A program made the position numbers and the translations under genes. The notes below the pieces were generated by a model, which saw nothing but the letters and a program-made list of their open reading frames with translations, was not told where the DNA came from and did no database searches. Below, piece by piece: positions 55,984 to 64,000 of a stretch of DNA of 64,000 nt (its first letter is position 1; the number at the start of each line of letters is the position of its first letter). The DNA is from a virus (Duplodnaviria; Heunggongvirae; Uroviricota; Caudoviricetes): IMG/VR virus record IMGVR_UViG_3300028413_000003, positions 104,465 through 168,464 of that record; one strand, 5' to 3'.

Positions 55984-56590
55984 AATTTTGTTTCCATTTG
56001 TTAAAGACAATCTTGATATCTTCTATATCGTCAAAGTATTTTTCGTAATCTATAAAATCGGATAGTTTGTAGTATTTTTTACTTACAGTATCTAAATCTT
56101 CATAATAATGTACACTACCAACAGCGCTATCTAGTTGTTCTTTGATTGTAAAAAATTGTTCTAAGCTCTTATTATAATCATGATTTGTGCGTGTAATGAT
56201 ATTTAGTTGATTGGGCATGCCATCGGCTTTCATAACGGCTGCTGTTGTCCAGTTTGTACTATCTTGAAATAAAAAACTTAAAAACCATTTCCACGTATCT
56301 CTTCTTTTTAAAATAACGATCTTGTCGTCTTTGTAGAAGTTCTTAAACCACGTGTTGTAATAGTCACCAAGATAGTTTATATGATGTTTGAATGTATAAT
56401 CAACTCCGTCTAACTTTTTATCTTCGAGAAATTTTATCTTTTGTTCTAACGTCATCAAAGTCTTTGTTGGATCTAAGAATTCTTCAATACCGATGTATTT
56501 AACGGTTGGTAATGTTAAATTATATGTGTGAATTGATTCGTAAGCATATGACGATCCGGCTCTAGGTGCGCTCAATAATACTTGCATCAA
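55976..56590 (-). CDS. Sulfotransferase-like protein
   Basis: PAPS-binding-like SAPRAGSSY, LKRRD..KWFLS, YYEDL. Confidence 0.6.
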   Translation of the reverse strand: MMQVLLSAPRAGSSYAYESIHTYNLTLPTVKYIGIEEFLDPTKTLMTLEQKIKFLEDKKLDGVDYTFKHHINYLGDYYNTWFKNFYKDDKIVILKRRDTWKWFLSFLFQDSTNWTTAAVMKADGMPNQLNIITRTNHDYNKSLEQFFTIKEQLDSAVGSVHYYEDLDTVSKKYYKLSDFIDYEKYFDDIEDIKIVFNKWKQNYE

Positions 56591-57170
56591 AATCTCTTGT
56601 TATAAAATCACTGCTGGGTTGCCAAACGTAAGACGGATTATTCAGTCGTATACTATAAACATACTGCAATATATTACCCGTTTTAAACAAAAAGTCTCTT
56701 TCTAATTGTAATGTTTGATACCACTCGGTTTTAGTATACTCGGTAAATGTGTTAACTGTCATTCTTCTTTTACGCTGGTATAATGCATTTATAGCACGTT
56801 TGGTAACATCGTGTGTAATATATAATATCTCAAACTGTTTTTTTCTTGCCCACGCAATTTGATAATCGGCCATACGCAATCCACAATGTGTAAACCTGTA
56901 ATCTTTTAAAATATGATATCGACACACTCGTGCAGATATTTTTGGGTCATTGGTATAATGACTGTGTTCTACTACACTAATACTGATTAACTTGTCATTA
57001 ACAAAGCACATCCATGTTTCCGTGGCAGGGTCGTCAGGATTATAGTTTGAGGTGGTAATACTGTTGTTCCCTTCGAGCCGAGATTGTCGTATAAAAGGAT
57101 AGATTAAATCCCTGTGTTTGTCGACATCCTCACTGTAAGTCTTAATTAAAATGGGATGTTGTAATTGCAT
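56562..57170 (-). CDS. GNAT-type acetyltransferase-like protein
   Basis: RVCRYHILKDYRFTHCG...QIAWARKKQFEILYIT...RAINALY. Confidence 0.5.
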   Translation of the reverse strand: MQLQHPILIKTYSEDVDKHRDLIYPFIRQSRLEGNNSITTSNYNPDDPATETWMCFVNDKLISISVVEHSHYTNDPKISARVCRYHILKDYRFTHCGLRMADYQIAWARKKQFEILYITHDVTKRAINALYQRKRRMTVNTFTEYTKTEWYQTLQLERDFLFKTGNILQYVYSIRLNNPSYVWQPSSDFITRDFDASIIERT

Positions 57171-57930
57171 ATTCTTTATACCTTTGATAACTCTTTTCTA
57201 GTAGTTCATGCCATAGTGGTAAATCATATACGCCATGAATTACAAGCTGCGCACGATCAGTGAAACTAAATCCTTTGTCGACACCGTGCTCAAATGTTGC
57301 GCCGTCGTACGCAAATGCATTTGTTTCTGGCGGCAACATTGGAAATATTCTAGTAGCACCGCTGTCTTTACTCATGTAAAAATGTTCTTTCTTCCAATCA
57401 GTTACATTACTCCATCTAAAATGCAAATGACTAGGGGCTTGTGCTTGCAATAATCCTTCTAAGAGTTTTTCTTCGTCGTAGTGCGGAGGAATTGGAGTAG
57501 GTGTTTGTACAAAAAAGATTTGATGAATACTCTTAAAAGGCAATGCTTCTACGTACTCAATAAGATCTGGAAATTCATCTCTAGCCCAGTTAAACCATTC
57601 GGGATTACTTCCTGGTGTACCACAATTATTAGATTTTAAAAACATCAAGGTTCCTACGTTTTCAGTTTTGTAAAAATCTTTCTGTTTTTGTTGATCGTTG
57701 TAGATCTGTGCAATACGTGCAAGGTTGATGTCTAAATACGGTAAGTCTATTGGTGTCCAAACCATATCTCTATATCCAACGTAATCGTTGTGTAAGCTGA
57801 GATCTTCCCAATTCGGCCTGTCTGGCCCAGGATTTCCTGGATCATTGTTTAAATATTGCCTATTAGGAATGTTATGTTCGTCATATTCTAACTTATGGTA
57901 TGTTTTTCTAAAGTTATTAGTATTCAACAT
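57142..57930 (-). CDS. Putative 2OG-Fe(II)/cupin oxygenase
   Basis: IPPHYDE...FEHGVD...RAQLVIHG (HxD...H...R). Confidence 0.55.
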   Translation of the reverse strand: MLNTNNFRKTYHKLEYDEHNIPNRQYLNNDPGNPGPDRPNWEDLSLHNDYVGYRDMVWTPIDLPYLDINLARIAQIYNDQQKQKDFYKTENVGTLMFLKSNNCGTPGSNPEWFNWARDEFPDLIEYVEALPFKSIHQIFFVQTPTPIPPHYDEEKLLEGLLQAQAPSHLHFRWSNVTDWKKEHFYMSKDSGATRIFPMLPPETNAFAYDGATFEHGVDKGFSFTDRAQLVIHGVYDLPLWHELLEKSYQRYKEYAITTSHFN

Positions 57931-58468
57931 CTATTATTGTCCTTTTTCCTACTTGTATATTCAAATCTAAGTTTATTATATTGCATTTATAATTTTTAGA
58001 AAAGTAATCCAGGTCTGTATACTGCAAATCTTCTGTGTTACTGTTGGTTACTTCGTGTACTATTGCATGCTTGGGTTTATAAAAGTCACATATACGGTTA
58101 AACATCTCGTGTGGCTTATTATCGTATATCAGTACACTGCTAAAAACAACTACATCAACATCAAACATAGGACGAATTAAGTATTTCCACGACCTAACAC
58201 AAAATTGGTGCTCTGGATACACTGTCATTGCCTTTTCGATAGGTTCTCTGCTGGTATCAAATCCGTAGTAATTATACTCGTAATTTGTTAAAAACTTGTT
58301 TAATGTGCCAACACGGCAACCAACATCTACTATACTTGTTAATTTGTTGCATTTAATAATATCTGCCATCGTCTTGTAAATTGGACTAGCATCAGGGCCG
58401 TCCAAATATGACATATCGGCAATACGGTATTGCTCATGAAGATTAGCAGTGCTGATAGTCACAAGCAA
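57917..58468 (-). CDS. Class I SAM-dependent methyltransferase
   Basis: SIVDVGCRVG, YYGFDTS, DVVVFSSVL. Confidence 0.75.
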   Translation of the reverse strand: MLVTISTANLHEQYRIADMSYLDGPDASPIYKTMADIIKCNKLTSIVDVGCRVGTLNKFLTNYEYNYYGFDTSREPIEKAMTVYPEHQFCVRSWKYLIRPMFDVDVVVFSSVLIYDNKPHEMFNRICDFYKPKHAIVHEVTNSNTEDLQYTDLDYFSKNYKCNIINLDLNIQVGKRTIIDVEY

Positions 58469-59240
58469 CCCTCCAGAGTAAGCGGTTTCTGTCTAGAACA
58501 GGAGTTCTTCGATGCAATGTAGTAAACTGATCCATCATAAGCAGATCACCTTTTTTAAATATATGGTGATACATGTGCCTAGACTTAAATATGTTTGGTT
58601 GTAACTTATCAATCATTTGTCGATGATCGATTTTTGTTTTTCCTTCCCATGCACCTACAATAAAGTGATACGGAAAGTAAAAATAATATTTGCCAGTATG
58701 AGGATGTATACCCACTAAATCACGTATGCTACCTTTATTCTTTTCCATGAATTCTAGTTCAGGATCGCCTTCATCTAAATTATACATGGTGTTATTTTGA
58801 AATTTTATTCGAATCTTAATACTTTTCCAATACTCCTGTTCGTCTTTGCTCATATCGTAGAACGGGTCGCTCGTATTGCAGACACTCAATGTGGTATTAA
58901 CATCTTCTTCTATACAATATAACGAAATTAATATCTTGTCAATTTGATGTCTGCTGTTACCGTTACTGTGCCATCCTAGCTCGGTGTCACCAAACATACC
59001 GACCTTATTACCATCGGTGTCTTTTTTTCCAGTTACTAGAAATATTTCAGGATGGTTCTTTGAATTCATAAACAAGTTAGGAGTTTCGCACTCTCCAAAC
59101 TGTTTCATTATGTCAACATATGTCTGCTCGGTCAGTTTCTGGTCATAAAATAATGCAAATCCAGTTGTTTGAATAGTGTGTGCTAGTTTACTAGGGCATA
59201 ACGTTGTTACGTCCTCGCTAGTTTTATATGGTGCTATCAA
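58443..59240 (-). CDS. TauD/TfdA-family 2OG-Fe(II) dioxygenase
   Basis: GWHSNG (N in place of the usual D), HPHTGK, GDLLMMDQFTTLHRR, R.LWR. Confidence 0.75.
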   Translation of the reverse strand: MIAPYKTSEDVTTLCPSKLAHTIQTTGFALFYDQKLTEQTYVDIMKQFGECETPNLFMNSKNHPEIFLVTGKKDTDGNKVGMFGDTELGWHSNGNSRHQIDKILISLYCIEEDVNTTLSVCNTSDPFYDMSKDEQEYWKSIKIRIKFQNNTMYNLDEGDPELEFMEKNKGSIRDLVGIHPHTGKYYFYFPYHFIVGAWEGKTKIDHRQMIDKLQPNIFKSRHMYHHIFKKGDLLMMDQFTTLHRRTPVLDRNRLLWRVACDYQHC

Positions 59241-60012
59241 GGTATTGTTCCTTTATTAAGTCGGCTATGCATAACCGGTTGGTTTGATTTCTTTTAAATT
59301 TGTTGTATATTGGGTTATCTGATGATGCTAACCATATTACATCACTTGATATTAAATCTAATTCAGTACATACTGTATCTTGATAGGGCTTAAGAGTGTT
59401 ATAAACCAAGTCAATCGGTATAGTTTCAATTAATCTTTCGCCTAGGCCCATGCTGTAGTAATTATAATATTTTGCATTTACATTTAATGGTTCTAAACAT
59501 CGATCTGGAGTTCTACTCCAGTAATAGCCAATTCGGTAGTTACGCAAGCCAAAACATTTACTAAAACTAAAGAATACCTTCTCGACGTTGTCAGGTATTT
59601 TAAAGTTGGTTACCCTTGTGCTTAACAAGTATGCAAGATCAAGTACAACAGGTTTATCAGTTGGAATGCTACAATAATTTCCATTAAAGCTAGCCGGATT
59701 TGTCCAATAATGTACGTCGCCAGTCTCCTGGCCACTTACCCATACGTAGTCACCTTTACGAATCTGTATTGCACGTTTTTCGTCTGTCATCCAGTAGTTT
59801 AATCCTTCTGTGATGCCGTTTAACGGATATAAATATTCAAATCCACTTAAATCACAGTACGGTTTTAAATATTCAGATATGTTACTAGAAAAGACACTAA
59901 CCTCGTCATGTTTTGTTAATGAAAAGTCATCAACAACATTAACTATTTCTTTAATAGGAAAACTACGTATTGCCATACTTTGCTGCATAAGCTGTGCGAT
60001 TCTGTCATTCAT
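59224..60012 (-). CDS. PLP-dependent aminotransferase-like protein
   Basis: NGITEG, NP, DLAY, SFSKCFGLRNYRIGY with the PLP lysine. Confidence 0.75.
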   Translation of the reverse strand: MNDRIAQLMQQSMAIRSFPIKEIVNVVDDFSLTKHDEVSVFSSNISEYLKPYCDLSGFEYLYPLNGITEGLNYWMTDEKRAIQIRKGDYVWVSGQETGDVHYWTNPASFNGNYCSIPTDKPVVLDLAYLLSTRVTNFKIPDNVEKVFFSFSKCFGLRNYRIGYYWSRTPDRCLEPLNVNAKYYNYYSMGLGERLIETIPIDLVYNTLKPYQDTVCTELDLISSDVIWLASSDNPIYNKFKRNQTNRLCIADLIKEQYLDSTI

Positions 60013-60656
60013 ATTACTTTGAATATTCTCTGTGCTATTAATTGCTGTGCTACCCAGCCCCCGGTGTCGTATTTGTGTAACCGTATTTTTCTAAAATTAT
60101 TATGGTGCTCTAAATGATATCCTTCGCCTGCTATTAACAAATTCAGCCAAGCATTATTTGTTGGGCCATCTTTGTGTCCTAGTGTGTTAAGTAAGCCAAA
60201 TCCTAGTTTAGCATGAACAAAGGGCATTAGTGCAAATGCAACAAAAAACTTAATCCCAATTAACAAAGACACAATCCAAACAACTATAATAATCTTAAAC
60301 CAATGCTTGTGGCAGAATACTAACATAGAGTTCTGATACAAGTCCTTTGCATACTTAATTGGAATACGAGGAATGTTCCACGTAGTACTTAACACTTTCC
60401 AGAATCCAATATGCTTAGGAGAGTGCGGGTCGTGTTCGGTGTCAGCATGCGCATGGTGTAATCGATGACTAGCTATCCATCCAATTGGCGATTTTATAAC
60501 AACAACCATTAACATTGCCAGTCCAATTGCTTCAAACCATTTTGGTACTGCAAATTGTCTGTGACAATAATATCGATGTAGCAGAATACTTGCTGCCCAG
60601 TGAGATATAATAGTTCCCCATAATAGACCAAGGAGTATAACATAAATCCAATCCAT
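60009..60656 (-). CDS. Membrane fatty acid desaturase
   Basis: Three His boxes HRYYCH, HRLHH, EGYHLEHH; TM segments. Confidence 0.88.
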   Translation of the reverse strand: MDWIYVILLGLLWGTIISHWAASILLHRYYCHRQFAVPKWFEAIGLAMLMVVVIKSPIGWIASHRLHHAHADTEHDPHSPKHIGFWKVLSTTWNIPRIPIKYAKDLYQNSMLVFCHKHWFKIIIVVWIVSLLIGIKFFVAFALMPFVHAKLGFGLLNTLGHKDGPTNNAWLNLLIAGEGYHLEHHNNFRKIRLHKYDTGGWVAQQLIAQRIFKVI

Positions 60657-61372
60657 TATATGTTTCTCACAATGTCAATACTATCTTGCCACGTCTTTGT
60701 ATTACTTTCAAAATTAATATTACAAATCACCCGATGTTTTGTTCCAGTATTAATTGCTTCATGCCACTGCTTGACATTCCACAATACCGGTTTATCAACT
60801 AGCGCATATCTACAAGCAACATCGTCATTTGTAAACAAGTACTTGTCAGATCCTTTGTTATATTTTTTCCAGTAATATTCGCTCCAGTATACTCCGACAT
60901 TTGGATCTTCTGGAATATAGCCGTCTACGTCTTCATACATAGGCCAACTTGTTAGTGTATTTTCGTCGCAGCCTGCAACTGGAAATATTAAACTTGCTAC
61001 ACTTGTTTTTGTATGGTGCCTGTGTCCAAAAAATAAGTGCTCAACTGCTTTGAATTCAGGCTGAGTCGGATCTGCTTGGAAGAACTTTAGGCTTTGTGTA
61101 AAACCGTGTTTGTGCAGGGCTTGTGAAAGTTCTTTATGCTCAATTAAGTCAGAGGTATTAATAACTTGCATAACCGGCTTGTCCGGATCATACAAGTTAT
61201 AATGGTCTTTATAGTTATTGATAAAGTAGTTGGTTTCTGGATGTTGTGTATATATGTTAGGAAGGTGTGCAAATATTTGCTGTATTTGCTCATATATAAA
61301 TTCTAAGCCGGGCGTCCACTCTAATTCATGTACAAAATCTTTTGCAAGTACTGGATCTGTTAATATTGGCAT
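60656..61372 (-). CDS. Putative cupin/2OG oxygenase
   Basis: GHRHH...NVKQWHEAINTGTKHRVICNI. Confidence 0.45.
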   Translation of the reverse strand: MPILTDPVLAKDFVHELEWTPGLEFIYEQIQQIFAHLPNIYTQHPETNYFINNYKDHYNLYDPDKPVMQVINTSDLIEHKELSQALHKHGFTQSLKFFQADPTQPEFKAVEHLFFGHRHHTKTSVASLIFPVAGCDENTLTSWPMYEDVDGYIPEDPNVGVYWSEYYWKKYNKGSDKYLFTNDDVACRYALVDKPVLWNVKQWHEAINTGTKHRVICNINFESNTKTWQDSIDIVRNI

Positions 61373-61941
61373 TATCGATTTCCTATTATTGTTGCTACTA
61401 AATGCGATCGAACACTTTTACTACCGTTGAAGACCGAATGCAAAATAGTAGTATCGGTAAAATACCATTTATTTTTTTCTAAATGCTTCACTTGATCATC
61501 AATTACCATAAAACACCCAGTGTGTGTGTCTATTGGGAAATGCACTCTTGGATGGTAGTCAACATGCCAAGACAAACATGTCTTGGGATGTAGATTCATT
61601 ATGCGCACTCTACCTAGGATATACTTATCACTAAGCGCATTGTATACTTTTTCAAAACTTGTATTTATAAATTGGTCACATAATATTGTAAAGTCGGATT
61701 CGTTAAGTATAACTTTATTTACAGGAACGTCAATATTTCCATCTTTGTCAACCGTTGAGTTATCCCAGTCGTAATACAAGCTACCGGTTCCTAATAAGTA
61801 GTCGGTATTTTTTCCTGGAAGAGTATTTAAACAAATTTGTGAACCATTATTATACTTAATAATGTTGTCATCTACTAATTTCGTTAGGTCGGTATGTAAG
61901 TCAAAGACCGGTAAGTCAGCAAGTTCAGTGAAATGTTTCAT
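61372..61941 (-). CDS. Asp/Asn beta-hydroxylase-like 2OG-Fe(II) dioxygenase
   Basis: GRVRIMNL...SWHVD...RVHFPI...DTTILHSVFNG...RSHLV; start moved to 61941 after ATAAATA. Confidence 0.75.
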   Translation of the reverse strand: MKHFTELADLPVFDLHTDLTKLVDDNIIKYNNGSQICLNTLPGKNTDYLLGTGSLYYDWDNSTVDKDGNIDVPVNKVILNESDFTILCDQFINTSFEKVYNALSDKYILGRVRIMNLHPKTCLSWHVDYHPRVHFPIDTHTGCFMVIDDQVKHLEKNKWYFTDTTILHSVFNGSKSVRSHLVATIIGNR

Positions 61942-61954
61942 ATTAGTATTTATG

Positions 61955-62922
61955 TTAAGGCAGTTTACGTTTTGGAATTTTAGAATCGGCACTGCTTACA
62001 CAACTGTCTGTTATGCACGGCATTGCTTTGTTAAATAATTTAAACCCAGTTTCGACATTACCGAGCGGCACATCATGACATGAGTAGCTTCGTTTAACCG
62101 ATCCGTCGGGTTCACGTATTATAATTCCTTGATACCCAGCGTTGCAACTCCATCCTTTGAATTTATTGAAGTTAAAAGCATTGAATCGTTCAGCTTGATC
62201 CATGTACCATTTTGTACCGTCCTTGTCTTTGAGTTCTATCTGCATATGCCACGGAACACTTGCGTCGTTGTTGCCTACTACTTCTTTTGGTATTTCAAAA
62301 GTTGCTTTGGGACGATTAGCCCATGTGCGTTTAGATTCTGTATAGGCGCGCTGCGGCATGCCGTTGTGCAATGCCTTGAGTATTTCTTCGGAATAACCGT
62401 CTACAATTCGAGAAGCAGTTGGGTCACTCATCGGCTTGAGCGTAACATTAATTCCTTGCTCATGAAAGAATAATGCGTTATTCCAATCTTTGTCGAACCA
62501 TTCAGGAACCATAACCATATTAATGGTAACTTGTACATCGTGTTCTTGGCAATATATCAACTTGTCTGCAAAGTCTTGCATTTTTGCAGTCGTGTCCAAG
62601 TGCTCTGTGTGCAAACTTGCAGTAATACTTGCGCGATGGAATGACTTTGTAATTTCTACATACTCCTCAAACCAGCTCATAGGGCGCGAGCAATTGCTGG
62701 TCATGTGTGTTGATGTGTAATTTGTAGACCCGACGTCAGCAGCAAGGTGTTTGAGCATGTCAAGGTACCCTGGGTGGAACGTGGGTTCGCCACCGCTCAA
62801 CGAAAAGTGAAAGCTGTTAAAGCCATTTTCTCTAGCTTGTCGTTTGATCTCGTCAATTGTTTTTAAACAAAGCTCGGTTGGCCTGTGATCTTTTTTATCA
62901 GATCGAGCGTAAGGCCAGCAAT
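61955..62922 (-). CDS. Radical SAM enzyme, exon 2
   Basis: (Y)CWPYARS...SLSGGEPT...TSN...SLHTE; C-terminal CNAGY...SYSC...C...CVSSAD; spliced product 371 aa. Confidence 0.85.
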
Positions 62923-63177
62923 CATATTGTTCAAACAGTGTCGTTAATACTGTCCCGGAACGTATCCAGCTGCATGTTACCATGCAGATCAGACTATATC
63001 ATCATCCCAGTTGTGGGATGCTCCCCGTTTCGACTCACATGAGCCTACGTCTTTCGACTAGTCGTTGAACCTTCTTTGTGTAACAAAGCTTGGCTGCTGA
63101 TTGCCCAAAAGCATGGGGTTTCCAGCAATTAAAGGAGTTTTCGACCATTGTTACCAATGGAAGTCGCATTGATGTTT
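62923..63177 (-). ncRNA. ORF-less group I intron (255 nt) in the radical SAM CxxxCxxC motif
   Basis: Same core as the polB intron; exon ends TCGT paired with GCGA; terminal G; removal restores CNYRCSYC. Confidence 0.92.
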
Positions 63178-63325
63178 ACGAACAGCGGTAGTTACAGAAG
63201 CGGCCCAAGATCCAGCTCACTGTAAATAGATCTCTGTATAGCATTGTTCGTTGCCCAACACTTACTATATCATCAAATGGTATTTTTGTGAAGTCATATT
63301 CACTCCATTTTAAATTATTGTTCAT
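63178..63325 (-). CDS. Radical SAM enzyme, exon 1 (missed by the ORF track)
   Basis: MNNNLKWSEYDFTKIPFDDIVSVGQRTMLYRDLFTVSWILGRFCNYRCS plus 1 nt; SD AAGGA. Confidence 0.85.
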
Positions 63326-63383
63326 ATATTTGCCATCCTTTGCATGATTTGGTTTGCTGTAATAAATCTTCTGTCATACGTTT

Positions 63384-63412
63384 AGTATAACACCATTGTA
63401 ATATTATGTCAA
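63384..63412 (-). promoter_or_regulatory. Sigma70-type promoter for the minus-strand enzyme cluster
   Basis: TTGACA-17 bp-TATACT on the minus strand. Confidence 0.6.
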
Positions 63413-63421
63413 CTATTTACT

Positions 63422-64000
63422 TTATAGCTGCTGTTTGGTAAAATGGTCACGATTATTTTGCTTGCACGCCTGTATACATTTGGGTATCTTGTTATCACTA
63501 TCCCACGAATTCATAATATCAGTAAATACCTTTCCGTGTAGTGCCTGCTTAACAGACACATTTGCCAAGTTAATATCATTTTTGTAATCGTTGTCAACTA
63601 GTATTTCTTCAAATCTATCCTTTGATTTTTCTGTTACTGAAAACTCCATCATCTTACTGTTGAGATGACAGCACGGAATGACATTACCCATGTGATTAAC
63701 AAATATACGCTTTTGGCCACTGTATTTGCAAGATATACATGGTGACTCATCAGCCTCTATTTTTTTGTGCGTTATACCACTAGTATCAGGTCGATGACTA
63801 ATAATGGTTTTAAAATCTTTAAACCCTTCGTCCTTGGCCAGTTGTTTTGCTATATGAGTTTGGTGCTGATTGTGTTCAAATTCAATATATTGCCAAACTG
63901 ATTGGCCGCCTGCTGCAATAAACGATCTATAATTGGTTTGTACCTTTTTAAAACTACTGCCTTCTCGGTAGATCTCACTTGTTTCGTCAGCTCCGTCGAT
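63422..64000 (-). CDS. Radical SAM enzyme with C-terminal Cys-rich (SPASM/twitch-like) domain, 5' end outside the window
   Basis: Frame open from the window edge: IDG...IYR...AGG...WQYI.F.HN.HQ, then C...GNVIPCC...C..AC. Confidence 0.75.
   Translation of the reverse strand: MDGADETSEIYREGSSFKKVQTNYRSFIAAGGQSVWQYIEFEHNQHQTHIAKQLAKDEGFKDFKTIISHRPDTSGITHKKIEADESPCISCKYSGQKRIFVNHMGNVIPCCHLNSKMMEFSVTEKSKDRFEEILVDNDYKNDINLANVSVKQALHGKVFTDIMNSWDSDNKIPKCIQACKQNNRDHFTKQQL

Noticed and set aside
733-62720. Numerous 60-250 aa ORFs antisense to or nested in long genes (e.g. 7988-8734, 51875-52615)
   Set aside because: They shadow well-supported genes and lack SD sequences and motifs.
63315-63377. 20-aa upstream ORF (MTEDLLQQ..., minus strand) overlapping the radical SAM start
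   Set aside because: Too short and without a clear SD; cannot be separated from chance.
1-64000. Genome-wide stop-codon reassignment
   Set aside because: Long conserved genes read through under code 11, and TAG is a genuine stop (polB part C at 32209; TAG TAG at 12192-12197). Only isolated in-frame stops occur.
1-64000. CRISPR array, tRNA or rRNA genes
   Set aside because: No regularly spaced repeats or tRNA arm motifs were recognised by eye; a tRNAscan-SE run would be needed to exclude tRNAs firmly.

Overview
64 kb segment of a large, AT-rich, T4-like (myovirus-type) dsDNA bacteriophage. It carries T4 gp9/gp10-like baseplate sequence, gp23 fragments, a clamp loader, PolB, RNase H and T4-like late promoter motifs. 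The host is probably an alphaproteobacterium (Rhodobacteraceae-like FdxA; inference). In order: virion genes; replication and nucleotide genes; PhoH; a lysis cassette; proteostasis genes (DnaJ, Def, ClpA, with GroES earlier); small probable internal head proteins; PolB; sugar-nucleotide genes; a 7-deazaguanine DNA-modification region (TGT/DpdA-like, QueD-like, FolE, QueE, plus a glycosyltransferase, GalE and a PRTase); RNase H; MoxR/vWA; a tail-fibre gene; and a minus-strand cluster of about 13 tailoring enzymes. Main observations: (1) PolB is fractured three ways, by a free-standing HNH gene, an ORF-less group I intron in motif B, and a naturally split intein in motif C flanking a Vsr-like endonuclease remnant. 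(2) A sister copy of that intron interrupts the CxxxCxxC motif of a radical SAM gene missed by the ORF track. (3) Two mini-genes fuse one shared leader to different major-capsid fragments. (4) A ferredoxin gene contains Pro-STOP-Pro (CCT TAG CCA), the geometry of a ribosomal stop-hop. All functional calls come from motif recognition by eye; no database searches were run. No tRNA, rRNA or CRISPR array was recognised.
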